Shown in pieces: positions 1 through 10,292 of a stretch of DNA of 64,000 nt. The translations under genes and the position numbers were made by a program. Every line of letters begins with the position of its first letter. The first letter of the stretch is position 1. The stretch comes from Terracidiphilus sp. Its GTDB lineage: Bacteria; Acidobacteriota; Terriglobia; Terriglobales; Acidobacteriaceae. The stretch lies in contig JBEKOA010000001.1 in NCBI GenBank assembly GCA_049522255.1, forward strand, positions 4,216 through 68,215, written 5' to 3'. The notes beneath the pieces were generated by a model. The model made no database searches, was not told the DNA's origin, and saw nothing but the letters and a program-made list of their open reading frames with translations.

Positions 1-151
1 CCTGCTCCATGTGCTGCACGTACTCCGGAAATTCGTGAACACGGCGCAGCACCAATTGGACTCCGGGAACTTCCTGAACACCTTCGCAGACAGCCTTTGC
101 AAGCGTCTGAACGTGTCCATAGATTGAGTGATAGACAACCAGAATCTTCAT
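1..151 (-). CDS. wrbA: WrbA-family NAD(P)H:quinone oxidoreductase (N-terminus only, runs off the window edge)
   Basis: Manual translation MKILVVYHSIYGHVQTLAKAVCEGVQEVPG matches the flavodoxin/WrbA N-terminal YxSxYGH motif; GAAGGAG RBS upstream. Confidence 0.7.
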   Translation of the reverse strand, partial: MKILVVYHSIYGHVQTLAKAVCEGVQEVPGVQLVLRRVHEFPEYVQHMEQ

Positions 152-294
152 CGTTCATTCTCCTTCATGCGGATGGTAGTCGCGATCCACCGGCTGTGCT
201 TCGAGATGGAACGCAGTTTTACGGATGGGAATAGCTGGTCTGTCGATTTGCTCAACTGGCCGGCGAGATACACACGGTCGGATTTTTCTGCTCT

Positions 295-1680
295 TTAAAC
301 CAGCGGAGCAGCCATGTCGTGCGTGCGCACCAACTTTTTGTTCACAAACTCCTGGATACCCATGTCGCCGAGTTCGCGTCCATAGCCGGAGTACTTGATT
401 CCCCCGAATGGCAGTTCGGCATCCAACCAGTCGATGTTGTTGATGAACATCATGCCCGTTTCTACACGGCTGGCCACACGCTGTCCGCGCGCAACGTCCT
501 TGGTAAAGACGGAGCCACCCAATCCGAAGTCGGAGTTATTGGCAAGCGCGATTGCTTCATTCTCGTCTTTCACGCGGAAGAACATCGCGACCGGCCCGAA
601 GAACTCGTCGCGGAAGGCTGGGTTGTCAGGCTCGACATCCGTTAGGATTGTCGTCTGCATGAAGGACCCCGGCCGATCGATGCGTTTGCCGCCGAGCACA
701 ATTTTGGCGCCTTTGGCGACCGCTCCATCGACTTGCTCCAACAGCTGCACCAGCGCAGACTCTGTGGACAAGGGACCATGCGTCGTTTTCTCGTCCATCG
801 GGTCGCCCGGCTTTAAGGCGTTAAGCGCCGTCTTGAACTTCTCCAGGAATTTGTCTGCGATTTCCTCGACTACGATAAAGCGCTTCGCTGCACAACAGGT
901 TTGTCCCGCGTTATACATTCGGCCCCAGACTGCCCACGCAATTGTCTTTTCCAGGTCGGCATCCTCCAGCACAATGAATGCGTCGCTTCCCCCAAGTTCC
1001 ATCGACGAAACCTTGAGATTCTGTCCCGCCCTGGCTGCGATGCTTCTGCCCGCAGCCACACTGCCGGTCAACGCTACGCCTTTAATTCGCGCATCATCGA
1101 TCATCTTGTCCGACTGGTCGTGCGAGATCAACAGATTGGTATAGAGTCCAACCGGCGCGCCTGCATCTATCCAGAGCTGCTCAAAGGCGATCGCACACTG
1201 CGGCACGCAGCCTGCGTGCTTCACCATCACGACATTGCCCGCCATCATGTGCGGACCGGCGACCCGAGCCAGTTGATAGAAAGGAAAGTTCCAGGGCTCG
1301 ACGCAGAAGATCACGCCGATCGGGCTGCTCTCCATATGAGCGGTTCCGACCTTAGGATGAAGTGATTCAGGGGCCAGGAATCGTTCGGCATTTTTGGCAT
1401 AGTAGGCCAGAATGTCGGCACTGAACTTCACCTCGCCGCGGGCTTCATTGATGAGCTTTCCCATCTCGAGCGAAGCCAGATGCGCGAACTTGTCAACCTG
1501 TGCATGCATGAGCTCGGCCGCTTTCGCCACGATCACCGCACGCTTCGCATAGGAGGTCATCTTCCAGGTCTCGTAGGTCTTTGCGGCAGTGTCAACCTTC
1601 TTTTCGAGCTGCTCATCGCTCAGTTCGTCGAATTTGGTGAGGGTCTTCCCGTTGTACGGATTAGTGCTTTCATAAGCCAT
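295..1680 (-). CDS. NAD(P)-dependent succinate-semialdehyde dehydrogenase-like aldehyde dehydrogenase
   Basis: PWNFP, FTGS-like LTGS, MELGGSD, GQTCC catalytic Cys, EFFGP, PFGGIKYSGYGRE. Confidence 0.9.
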   Translation of the reverse strand: MAYESTNPYNGKTLTKFDELSDEQLEKKVDTAAKTYETWKMTSYAKRAVIVAKAAELMHAQVDKFAHLASLEMGKLINEARGEVKFSADILAYYAKNAERFLAPESLHPKVGTAHMESSPIGVIFCVEPWNFPFYQLARVAGPHMMAGNVVMVKHAGCVPQCAIAFEQLWIDAGAPVGLYTNLLISHDQSDKMIDDARIKGVALTGSVAAGRSIAARAGQNLKVSSMELGGSDAFIVLEDADLEKTIAWAVWGRMYNAGQTCCAAKRFIVVEEIADKFLEKFKTALNALKPGDPMDEKTTHGPLSTESALVQLLEQVDGAVAKGAKIVLGGKRIDRPGSFMQTTILTDVEPDNPAFRDEFFGPVAMFFRVKDENEAIALANNSDFGLGGSVFTKDVARGQRVASRVETGMMFINNIDWLDAELPFGGIKYSGYGRELGDMGIQEFVNKKLVRTHDMAAPLV

Positions 1681-1938
1681 GAATGATCTCCTCTTTCTCT
1701 CACTTTTGGAAGCGGTATTGTCTGCGCGGTTGGCAAATCTCGATGATCGCGTAAGATCGAGGACCTTTGCGGTTGTCGAATTACCGTCCCAGGAAGACTA
1801 TGAAGCAAACTTCACAGTCCCAATCTGACAGCATGACAGCGCACGAATGGAAAGACTGATTTGTTTTGCTCTAAGACGACTTTCAAGGTTGAGTGAGGAT
1901 CCCGTGGTCATCGATAACCGTCATTGCATCCCAAATTC

Positions 1939-3489
1939 TCACCACGAAGGGGGCTTTTCCTGCGCCGTCTCCCGCGTGAGCCGAAAGGCTTCCGGTATAC
2001 CTTGAAGTAAATCCGTCGCTACCAGTGAATACTCTCCCACAGTCTCGCGCATCACATCTCCAGCAAGCCCGTGTAGATGCACTGCTGCAAGTACAGCCCC
2101 CTGAGTGTTATCCGGGTGCTGTGCCATCAAGCCGGCAATCATTCCTGTCAATAGATCTCCCGTACCGCCGGTCGCCATGCCGGCATTTCCCGTCGTATTT
2201 ACCCAGGCTTCGCCGTCCGGTCGAATCACCAACGTACGATGCCCCTTGAGCACAACGATCAGGTCGTGCTCCTGCGCGAACTTTCGGGCCACTCCCAGTC
2301 GGTCTTTCTGAACCTGGGAAACGCTAGACCCCACCAGCCGCGCCATTTCTCCGGGATGGGGAGTGATCACCAGAGTTTGGCCTCTACCATTCAATTCCTC
2401 CGTGCGGTCCTCAAACGCATTAAGGCCGTCAGCATCCACAACCATGGGAAGTTTCAGTCTTGCCACCAGTATCCTCACCAACTCCGCGGTCTGCTGATCG
2501 CGCGAAATGCCGGGACCAATCGCAAGCACCTTCCTTCCTTTCGCCAATTCTGCGATCTGATCCAACGCTTCGGTCGAGATAGTGCCCGCATTTGTCTCTG
2601 GCAAAGGTTCAGTCATCAACTCGGGATAAAACCCCGCCACGGTCATCAATGCGGATCTCGGTGTGGCCACGGTAGAGAGTCCAGCGCCAACTCGGAGAAG
2701 GGCCATCCCAGCCATCGCCGCCGATCCCGCTTTTCCCAGCGAACCTCCAACTACCAGCACGCTGCCGTAACTGCCTTTGTTCGATACCGGTAGTCGCGGC
2801 TCAATTAAGGGAACGATCTCGCGCGCGGTAATCACATTGAGTTGAAGAGCTGAAACAACCGCGTCCTCAGGCGACCCGATGTCAGCAACTAACGTAGTTC
2901 CCGTTGTCAGCAAACCGAACACATGCGCTAGACGTGGCGCGGTAAAGGTAACGATAGCGTCGGCTCGGGCAATGACCCCGGTCTGTGCGTTCATACCGTC
3001 GGCATCGGCACCAGATGGAATATCGACAGCAATCACGGGAACCCGGCTCGCGTTCAAAATCGCAATCGCGTCCGCATAGAGCCCCTGCACGGGAGGCTTG
3101 AACCCCGTGCCCAGAATGGCATCCAGATACAAGTCCGCAGTCAAGGGGAGATTCTTTAATTCGTCGCTGGACTGCACGACGATCGCCGGGTCCGGCAGTT
3201 TTTCAAACATGTATGCCGCATCGCCCCTCAGCTCGCTGGGACTTGCCAGCAGGATCACCTGAACCTTACGGCCTTCCCGGTGCAACTGCCGCGCGGCGAC
3301 AAAACCGTCGCCGCCATTATTCCCTTTGCCGCAGAAAACGACGATACTATGAGCAGCTGGGTGACACCTCAAAACATAATCCGCAACGGCGGAACCGGCA
3401 TTCTCCATCAGCGTAAAGGAAGGAATGCCGAAGCGTTCGGCGCTGACGCGGTCAATTGAGCGCATTTCCTCTGTCGAAACGATCTTCAT
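1939..3489 (-). CDS. nnr: Bifunctional NAD(P)HX epimerase/dehydratase (YjeF)
   Basis: LMENAG, GKGNNGGDG, DAILGTG, DIPSG, TPHPGEM, GNAGMATGGTGDLLTG. Confidence 0.93.
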   Translation of the reverse strand: MKIVSTEEMRSIDRVSAERFGIPSFTLMENAGSAVADYVLRCHPAAHSIVVFCGKGNNGGDGFVAARQLHREGRKVQVILLASPSELRGDAAYMFEKLPDPAIVVQSSDELKNLPLTADLYLDAILGTGFKPPVQGLYADAIAILNASRVPVIAVDIPSGADADGMNAQTGVIARADAIVTFTAPRLAHVFGLLTTGTTLVADIGSPEDAVVSALQLNVITAREIVPLIEPRLPVSNKGSYGSVLVVGGSLGKAGSAAMAGMALLRVGAGLSTVATPRSALMTVAGFYPELMTEPLPETNAGTISTEALDQIAELAKGRKVLAIGPGISRDQQTAELVRILVARLKLPMVVDADGLNAFEDRTEELNGRGQTLVITPHPGEMARLVGSSVSQVQKDRLGVARKFAQEHDLIVVLKGHRTLVIRPDGEAWVNTTGNAGMATGGTGDLLTGMIAGLMAQHPDNTQGAVLAAVHLHGLAGDVMRETVGEYSLVATDLLQGIPEAFRLTRETAQEKPPSW

Positions 3490-3712
3490 GACTGTGAGCG
3501 CGTGTTCACTATGCCTTCACGCCTTTCTTGGGATTGAGGAGGGTATCGTAAACACACTCTCCGGAAACTAAGTCAGCATCGCACTCGTGGCGGCAACAGG
3601 ATGGTCCGTTCTGCTCATCGCTGGCATCAACCTGCAAGTAGATTCAAAATTGCGGCGAAGTCCTCATTCGGTTTGACCGATCCGCGCCAAGAATCTTCGG
3701 AGAACAAAGATA

Positions 3713-4705
3713 ATGAAAGCGGCTGTTTTCTCTTCAACTCACACTACGCCCCAAGCGTTTCTCCGTGTCGAAGATGTTCCGCGGCCGCAACTCGAAGCAG
3801 GACATGTGTTATTGCGGGTCGTCGCTTGCGGAGTCTGTCGGACAGATCTTCACATTGTCGAAGGAGATCTTTACCCAATTCGACCGAGCCTTATTCCCGG
3901 CCATCAAATCGTGGGCGAAGTAATCGAAGGCGCGACCCAGGAGCTGCCGCTGGGAACGCGTGTCGGTGTTTCCTGGATGGGCGGCGTCGATGGCGACTGC
4001 TGGTACTGCCATCACGGCATGGAAAACCTCTGCGATAAGCCGGTCTTTACCGGATACACCGTGGATGGCGGCTATGCCGAATATGTTCTAGCCCGCGCTG
4101 ACTTCACTTTTCCGCTTCCCCCTGGCCTGGATGACGCGCATGTGGCTCCGTTACTGTGCGCCGGCATCATCGGCTTTCGCAGCTTGCGAGTGGCGGGGGT
4201 TGAGAAGGGAGAGCGAGTCGGACTCTTTGGTTTTGGCAGCTCTGCAAGTTTGGCGATCGCCATTCTGCAATCGTGGAAATGCGAGGTTTATGTCGTAACC
4301 CGAGGTGAATCTCATCGGAAACTTGCGACTTCGCTTGGCGCAACATGGGTTGGCAAAGAAGATGAAAAGCCGGCCGTGATGCTCGACCGTGCGATCACAT
4401 TCGCGCCCAGCGGAAAAGTGGTAGTCAGCGCCCTTGCGTGTCTGCGGAAGGGTGGCGTGGTTGCCATCAACGCCATTCATCTCGATCATGTGCCGGCCTT
4501 CGACTACGACACTTTGCTCTGGGGTGAGCGGCAGATCCGCAGCGTTGCCAATATGACCCGGCAGGATGCAAGCGACTTTCTCAAGATTGCTCATGACCTC
4601 CGCATCCGTCCGAATGTTACGGAATTCGCACTCGACGACGCGAATAAGGCGCTCATAGCAGTCAAAGAAGAGACTGAACATGGATCAGCAGTGATTGTTC
4701 CCTAA
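3713..4705 (+). CDS. Zinc-binding alcohol dehydrogenase (MDR family)
   Basis: CGVCRTD, PGHQIVG, CWYC..ENLC, LCAGIIG, GLFGFG. Confidence 0.9.
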   Translation: MKAAVFSSTHTTPQAFLRVEDVPRPQLEAGHVLLRVVACGVCRTDLHIVEGDLYPIRPSLIPGHQIVGEVIEGATQELPLGTRVGVSWMGGVDGDCWYCHHGMENLCDKPVFTGYTVDGGYAEYVLARADFTFPLPPGLDDAHVAPLLCAGIIGFRSLRVAGVEKGERVGLFGFGSSASLAIAILQSWKCEVYVVTRGESHRKLATSLGATWVGKEDEKPAVMLDRAITFAPSGKVVVSALACLRKGGVVAINAIHLDHVPAFDYDTLLWGERQIRSVANMTRQDASDFLKIAHDLRIRPNVTEFALDDANKALIAVKEETEHGSAVIVP

Positions 4706-4767
4706 TGCAACTTTTACTGGATCGCTCTTTGGCGCGGGGATAATTCAAAGTCCACGAGGACGCTGGT

Positions 4768-6306
4768 CTAGGACCAGAACGCGGACGCATCGCGGAAACC
4801 CTTCAGCGCAGGCTTGAGACTCAGCAGGGCTTTGTGGCCCCGCTGCTTGCTCCATCGCGAAAGTGCGCTCGCCGGTATCGCCAAATCCGGTCGACTGGCA
4901 CTGACAAGCGAGAGAGCAAGACGCTTCGTCACTACAGCGTCGTTGGCCAGTCCGAGGATTTCTTGCAGCGCCTTGCATCGGCTGCGGTAGATCTTCACCG
5001 CTCGATGGCCATAGAGCCCGGCAAGGGATTCGACATCGAAGCACAGTTTCTTGAGCGATTTGCGCAATGCGTGGCGCTTAGTCACCGAAAGGCTATCGGC
5101 GTGACGACCGCGTTGCTTCGCCTTGTAGGCGGCGCGGCGCAGCAACGACGGCGCAAGGGTGCCGAGGCGCTTGCTCATACCGTTGTCGCACAGGGTCGAG
5201 AGATGGGTCGCTCCCCCTTCTGACCAGATCGCCAAGCCCAGCACCAATGCGGTGAACTCGTGCCCGCGCAGGGTGTCCGCCAAAACCGCGTGGGCAAACT
5301 GGCGCGCGACCTCGGCGACGACGTTAAGATCCTCCAGTCGCTCCGTCGGCAAATCCGCCTTCGCTGCCGACAAGGCTTCAAGGCAGAATACGTCCCAGTC
5401 ACGTGCCGCTCCAAGGATCTCTCCAAGGCGACGCAACCTTGTGTTGAAGCGCTCCGCACCAGCTGCGTCGAGGTGATGCTCGAACAACTGCAATACGGCG
5501 CGGGACTCGCGAACGGCGCTGCGGATCTGGTGAAGCGCCTCGGGGTCACCATGCAGGGTCGCCGCAATATTGGCCACCAAATGGCCCAGTGCGCCACCGA
5601 GAATCTCGCGAAACCCCAACGCGGCTTGGGTGGATCTCTCCAGTTTCGGCATCTGCCCGAGCTGTCCGCCTTCCGTCTGACCTGTGCGTAGATGCCAGCC
5701 GCGCGCCGCCTTACTCTCCGCCGAAATCCACATGGGCGCCAGGGCTTGTAGTTCGGCGGCAAGCTGGTACACCGGTAGAATGCTGCCTCTCTTGAGTTCC
5801 AATTCCAGTTCACTGACCGGCTCGCGTGCGGAACCTGCTTCGATGCTCCCTTCATCGATGGCCAATTCCACGACCGTGTTGTCGTCGAGGTGCAGAAGCC
5901 GAACGGTCCGCCGAATATCCGTGACAAATACCGGCTGGAGTCTATCCTTGATGGCCTCGGCGGCCTTCGCGAGCGCTCGGGTTGTCGCAAGCCGGCCTAC
6001 ATCCGGCTTGTTCTGGCCGATCCGCCATTCCCATTCGTTGCGGTCGGTCGAAATCCCACGGCCGGTCGGTCGGGACTTTACTGTCTGAGTATGCACGTTG
6101 CCATTTCGCCGCACCCGAAGCGTCAGCCCGGTCCGGTCCAGCAAATACTCGGCCGTATCGAAATATGTCGTCACTAGATGATGTCGTTTTGATTCAACGG
6201 CGGCAAGCGCGGGACTGGCTTCGAGCGCGACTCGGCTTCCGGGTGGGAGGTAAAACTTCAGCTCGATCTCGCGCGAATTTTCGAATTTGCCCAATCGAGG
6301 TCTCAT
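4768..6306 (-). CDS. CYTH plus CHAD domain protein (YgiF-like inorganic triphosphatase)
   Basis: EIELKF, YFDT, LRVR, ELELELK (CYTH); LHQIR..R and LG.ARDWDV, H.LR..LKKL (CHAD). Confidence 0.88.
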   Translation of the reverse strand: MRPRLGKFENSREIELKFYLPPGSRVALEASPALAAVESKRHHLVTTYFDTAEYLLDRTGLTLRVRRNGNVHTQTVKSRPTGRGISTDRNEWEWRIGQNKPDVGRLATTRALAKAAEAIKDRLQPVFVTDIRRTVRLLHLDDNTVVELAIDEGSIEAGSAREPVSELELELKRGSILPVYQLAAELQALAPMWISAESKAARGWHLRTGQTEGGQLGQMPKLERSTQAALGFREILGGALGHLVANIAATLHGDPEALHQIRSAVRESRAVLQLFEHHLDAAGAERFNTRLRRLGEILGAARDWDVFCLEALSAAKADLPTERLEDLNVVAEVARQFAHAVLADTLRGHEFTALVLGLAIWSEGGATHLSTLCDNGMSKRLGTLAPSLLRRAAYKAKQRGRHADSLSVTKRHALRKSLKKLCFDVESLAGLYGHRAVKIYRSRCKALQEILGLANDAVVTKRLALSLVSASRPDLAIPASALSRWSKQRGHKALLSLKPALKGFRDASAFWS

Positions 6307-6542
6307 ATTGCATGTGCATGCCGATTGCGAGTAATTCTTGCGCTCGCTCTCTTGTTAACTCGTTCAATACGGTTCCGAGTCAAAGCATCCTCTCGGCCAG
6401 ACATTGCAAAGAACTATCAACTGGTCAGTATCGGCGGGCCATCGACACTGTTGGTGATCTTCATATAAGGAGCAGCTGATCAGCTGTTCAATTGGATACC
6501 CTGGTAGCCAGTTGCCCCCGGCGATGCAGATCTTGCGAGTTA

Positions 6543-7388
6543 TCATCTTTGGGACACTTGCGGACGTCGCAGCGAGTAGATCGGTAAAAACGGAATGAGG
6601 ATCGGCACTCTTCGTGAGTAAGCCTCGAAAGCGGCGCTGGAGCCGTAATTCTTGCTTTGCTTCAACTCCAGGCGGCGGCTGGCGCCGATCATCACGAGTA
6701 CGATGAACAGAAATCCAAGGCTCCCGAGCGCCCAGGCGGGCAGACTCCGATAGGTCGACATGGCCGAAACCCAGAAACCGAGCCAAAACACAATCTCGCC
6801 AAAGTAGTTCGGAAAGCGCACGACGCTGTAGAGACCTACATCGCAGAAGCGGGACGGATTTTGCTTCTTAAACCGGGACTTCTGCCAATCTGCGCAAGCC
6901 TCGATGCCAAGGCCTGCCAACATCAGCAAAATGCCCAGGGGAGCCGACGCCAATTCCATTCCGCCTGCCTGCGCTGACATCGTGAGCAGTGCTGGCAAGA
7001 AAAGAAGAACGTAAAAAAACGATACACCGACCCAGATTGCAACCTTCATCGGGCCGCCAACTTTGATGCCTCGAGCTGTGCTTTCCGCTTGCCGCTTCTG
7101 AAAGGAGAGAACGCGCTCTCGAAGGGCGAGAAATATCCCCAGCCTCAAACCGTACGCAAGGAGTAGTGCAGATTGGAGCAACGCAAGATCATTGAGTGTG
7201 TTCCGGTAAAGGAACGAAAAAGCAATCGACTGTGCGGCGACCGATGCCGCGTAACCAAGGCTGACGAAATACTCAACTCGTTTAAACCCCAGTGCCGAGA
7301 AAGTCAGGCAAAGGGCCAGTCCAAGGACCAGAAACTGCCATGGCAACCCAAGCAACTCATGGGACAAATGAGACGCTGAGAACGGCAT
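6543..7388 (-). CDS. DUF1295 / steroid 5-alpha-reductase-like membrane protein
   Basis: Multiple TM segments; ADWQK..FK, GLYSVVRFPNYFGE motif. Confidence 0.8.
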   Translation of the reverse strand: MPFSASHLSHELLGLPWQFLVLGLALCLTFSALGFKRVEYFVSLGYAASVAAQSIAFSFLYRNTLNDLALLQSALLLAYGLRLGIFLALRERVLSFQKRQAESTARGIKVGGPMKVAIWVGVSFFYVLLFLPALLTMSAQAGGMELASAPLGILLMLAGLGIEACADWQKSRFKKQNPSRFCDVGLYSVVRFPNYFGEIVFWLGFWVSAMSTYRSLPAWALGSLGFLFIVLVMIGASRRLELKQSKNYGSSAAFEAYSRRVPILIPFLPIYSLRRPQVSQR

Positions 7389-7399
7389 CGTGTTTTCCT

Positions 7400-8449
7400 T
7401 TATTTGATTACTGCGCTAACTTGTACCACCAGTTTTCCAAAGTTCTTTCCCTGAAGCAATCCGATGAAGGCATCGGGAGCATGTTCGAGCCCATCCACAA
7501 TATCCTCTCTGCATTTGATCTTTCCGGCAACGAACCATTCCGACATCTGTTTTTGAAAATCGCCGAAGTGCGTCCCGTAGTCGTCAAAGATGATGAATCC
7601 CTGCACACGTATGCGGCGCTTCAGGAAGGTCCCCATCACTTGAGCGGTGCGATCTATCCCTTGAGGAGCCTCACGGTCGTTGTAATGCGCGATCAGACCG
7701 CAGAGGGGAATACGCGCCCGTGTATTGAGAAGGGGAAGAACAGCCTCAAACACCGCTCCCCCTACGTTTTCGAAGTAGATGTCAATTCCCTTAGGGCAGG
7801 CCTTTGCGAGCAGGTCCTTCAACGCGGGATCTTGATGGTCAACGCAAGCATCAAGGCCTAGTTCTTCAACAGCAGATCGGCATTTCCTCTCGCCTCCGGC
7901 GATGCCCACCACATGGCATCCTTTGAGTTTTGCAATCTGGCCGACGACGGATCCAACTGCGCCTGTGGCGGCCGCAACGACAACGGTTTCCCCTGCTACT
8001 GGCTGACCAATCTCCAGCAAGCCCATATAAGCTGTGAACCCAGGCATCCCGAGCACTCCGAGAGCATACGAAGGATGCTTCATCTGTGCGTCGAGACGGA
8101 AGACTCCCTTTCCATAGGAAACGGCATAGTCCTGCCAACCGTTTTGGCTCAGCACCAGGTCGCCGACTGCAAAGTCGGGATGATGAGAGATCTCGACTTG
8201 ACTGACAGTTGATCCGACCATGACATCGCCAATTGCTACAGGAGGTGCGTACGAAGGAGCGTCGCTCATTCTGCCGCGCATGTAGGGGTCAAGCGAGAGG
8301 TAGATAGTTCGGAGAAGAATCTGACCTTGGACCGGGACAGGAATGAGCTGTGCCTCGAACCTGAAATCGTTGGGAGTGGGCGCTCCGATTGGTCTGGAAG
8401 CCAGGACGATGCGCCGATTTTCGGAATTGCTCATTCTGAGAATCTCCAT
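7400..8449 (-). CDS. NADP-dependent oxidoreductase (CurA/YncB, prostaglandin-reductase-like MDR); start may be 8434
   Basis: YLSLDPYMRGRM, LGMPGFTAY, AAATGAVGS, YFENVGG, GKNFGK. Confidence 0.9.
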   Translation of the reverse strand: MEILRMSNSENRRIVLASRPIGAPTPNDFRFEAQLIPVPVQGQILLRTIYLSLDPYMRGRMSDAPSYAPPVAIGDVMVGSTVSQVEISHHPDFAVGDLVLSQNGWQDYAVSYGKGVFRLDAQMKHPSYALGVLGMPGFTAYMGLLEIGQPVAGETVVVAAATGAVGSVVGQIAKLKGCHVVGIAGGERKCRSAVEELGLDACVDHQDPALKDLLAKACPKGIDIYFENVGGAVFEAVLPLLNTRARIPLCGLIAHYNDREAPQGIDRTAQVMGTFLKRRIRVQGFIIFDDYGTHFGDFQKQMSEWFVAGKIKCREDIVDGLEHAPDAFIGLLQGKNFGKLVVQVSAVIK

Positions 8450-8550
8450 TCGACTTTCTTCTTGAATTCCCCGGAAGGGCAGGGGTGTTTCGCGAGTTAC
8501 ATGAACCGCAAGTACTTACTCCTCAGATATCGCCAAAGCTACCACACGAG

Positions 8551-9327
8551 CTAAGTCCTCGACCTGATCAGACTCAGGCAAAACAGAAGAGCTGCAACCA
8601 TGACAATTGTGGGTGCAAGGCTGAGGCTCGGAAATACATAGGTATTGACCAGGAAGCCCATGCCTACAGCCAACACGCTGGCAAGCGAGGAAGCAAGCAG
8701 GAAAGCCCCGATACTATTGGCCATGCGTCGGCCGGTTGCGGCCGGGATGATGATCAAGGCTCCAGCGAGCAACGCCCCCATGAATCGAAGTCCTATTAGC
8801 ACGGTCAGGCTAAAGGCAAGCAGAAAGAGGAGGTTCAGTCGATTGAGTTTGATGCCAGTTGCTGCCGCCAGTTCGGGCGAGAACAAATTCAAGATCAGAG
8901 CGCTCTTGCATCTGAAGATAAAGTAGACAATCAGGACAACGGCCAGAACGCCGATGACAAAGGTGAAGCCAGAAATCCGCTCGAACTTGCCGAAGAATGC
9001 ATCTACAAGATCCTCTTTGGGTGTCAGTGCCGCTCCAATCGCAACTGAGCCTGCGAACACCACACCAATCGCTACCTCAGTGGAGAAGCTCTCATTCTTC
9101 TGCAATTGCCAAATCAGCAGCGTCCCAAGGAAGAGTGTTGCTCCGCCTCCGAGTAAGGGATTGAAGTGCCACAAAAAGGCTAAGCCAAGGCCTGGCAGTG
9201 CAACATGAGAGATGACATCGGCAGCAAGGATCATTCGCTTCATCAGGGCGAAACTCCCCACCAAGCCGGCAGCCACGGCAAACAAGAACGCCAGGATAAT
9301 GCTATAGACGGTTCCGGCCTCAGTCAT
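8551..9327 (-). CDS. Zn/Mn-type metal ABC transporter permease (ZnuB-like)
   Basis: DVISHVALPG motif, ~8 TM helices, GALLAGALIIIPAA. Confidence 0.85.
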   Translation of the reverse strand: MTEAGTVYSIILAFLFAVAAGLVGSFALMKRMILAADVISHVALPGLGLAFLWHFNPLLGGGATLFLGTLLIWQLQKNESFSTEVAIGVVFAGSVAIGAALTPKEDLVDAFFGKFERISGFTFVIGVLAVVLIVYFIFRCKSALILNLFSPELAAATGIKLNRLNLLFLLAFSLTVLIGLRFMGALLAGALIIIPAATGRRMANSIGAFLLASSLASVLAVGMGFLVNTYVFPSLSLAPTIVMVAALLFCLSLIRSRT

Positions 9328-10171
9328 GCTCAGCCGCCTTGCGTGGCGGCTTCAGTTCTTCACCGTGCCGGTGTAGGAAGAACTGCGGCGGTGCTGAGTA
9401 CATGGCTTCGAGTGTCGCAGGGGTCAATACTTTCTGCGGAGGACCGAAGCAGACCGTGTCTTTGCTGACGCATAGTACCTTGTTCGCGGCGCGATAAACA
9501 ATGCTGAGTTCGTGCGAGACCATAAGCACCGTGAGATGCTGTTCACTTTGTAAACGCTCCACTAGCTCGTAGACTCTCTCTTCCGCCAGTTCATCGAGAC
9601 TCGCTGTCGGTTCGTCAAATAGCAGCACATTGGGTTCGCCGAGTAATGCAAATGCGATTAGGACTTTCTGGAACTGCCCGCCAGAAATAACGCCGATGCT
9701 CGCGTTCAAGACTTCCGGTGTCAAACCGACCAAAGTGGCCACAGCATCTATGCTCCTGGGATGCAACTTCAGAACATGCGCCTTTGCAGCGAGTAGATCA
9801 TGAACGCGAATAGGCATTTGACGGTCTGCAGCCACCTTCTGGGGAACGTAGCCTAGTCTCACGCCAGGCGACCAGCGGATCTCGCCTTGGTAGGGCAGCA
9901 AACCAAGTAGCGCCTTTAGCAGAACGGTTTTACCCGCGCCGTTAGGCCCGATGATCGCCACGTTATCACCCGCATCCACGTCGAAACTGAGGTTGTGGAT
10001 GACACTGCGATCATCGAACTGAATCCTCAGCGCCTGCACCGAAAGAATGATGCCGGTCGTCAATATGTTTCCATCCTCTTCTCCGCATCGGTCGGCAACT
10101 GTGCTTCCAACTTCTCCGCGCCAGTCATTGTGCCCAGGGCAAAATGGCGGCTGATCCATTCTCCGCTTCAT
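9320..10171 (-). CDS. Metal ABC transporter ATP-binding protein (ZnuC-like); true start probably near TTG 10063
   Basis: Walker A GPNGAGKT, YVPQ, ISGGQFQK, LLFDEPT, SHEL. Confidence 0.88.
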   Translation of the reverse strand: MKRRMDQPPFCPGHNDWRGEVGSTVADRCGEEDGNILTTGIILSVQALRIQFDDRSVIHNLSFDVDAGDNVAIIGPNGAGKTVLLKALLGLLPYQGEIRWSPGVRLGYVPQKVAADRQMPIRVHDLLAAKAHVLKLHPRSIDAVATLVGLTPEVLNASIGVISGGQFQKVLIAFALLGEPNVLLFDEPTASLDELAEERVYELVERLQSEQHLTVLMVSHELSIVYRAANKVLCVSKDTVCFGPPQKVLTPATLEAMYSAPPQFFLHRHGEELKPPRKAAEHD

Positions 10172-10292
10172 CCTTCACAGCCATCAGTGCTTGGTTGGCC
10201 TGATCCATTAAAAAGATAGTGACGCGCGGTTTAATGTTGGGATCGAGCGCGATGAACTCGCGCGTGTCTAGTCGCGTCGGGTTCGCAACGCT
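10125..10292 (-). pseudogene. C-terminal remnant of a Zn-ADH paralogous to 3713..4705
   Basis: SVANPTRLDTREFIALDPNIKPRVTIFLMDQANQALMAVKDEAENGSAAILP aligns with SVANMTRQDASDFLKIAHDLRIRPNVTEFALDDANKALIAVKEETEHGSAVIVP; no N-terminal ADH sequence upstream. Confidence 0.75.
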
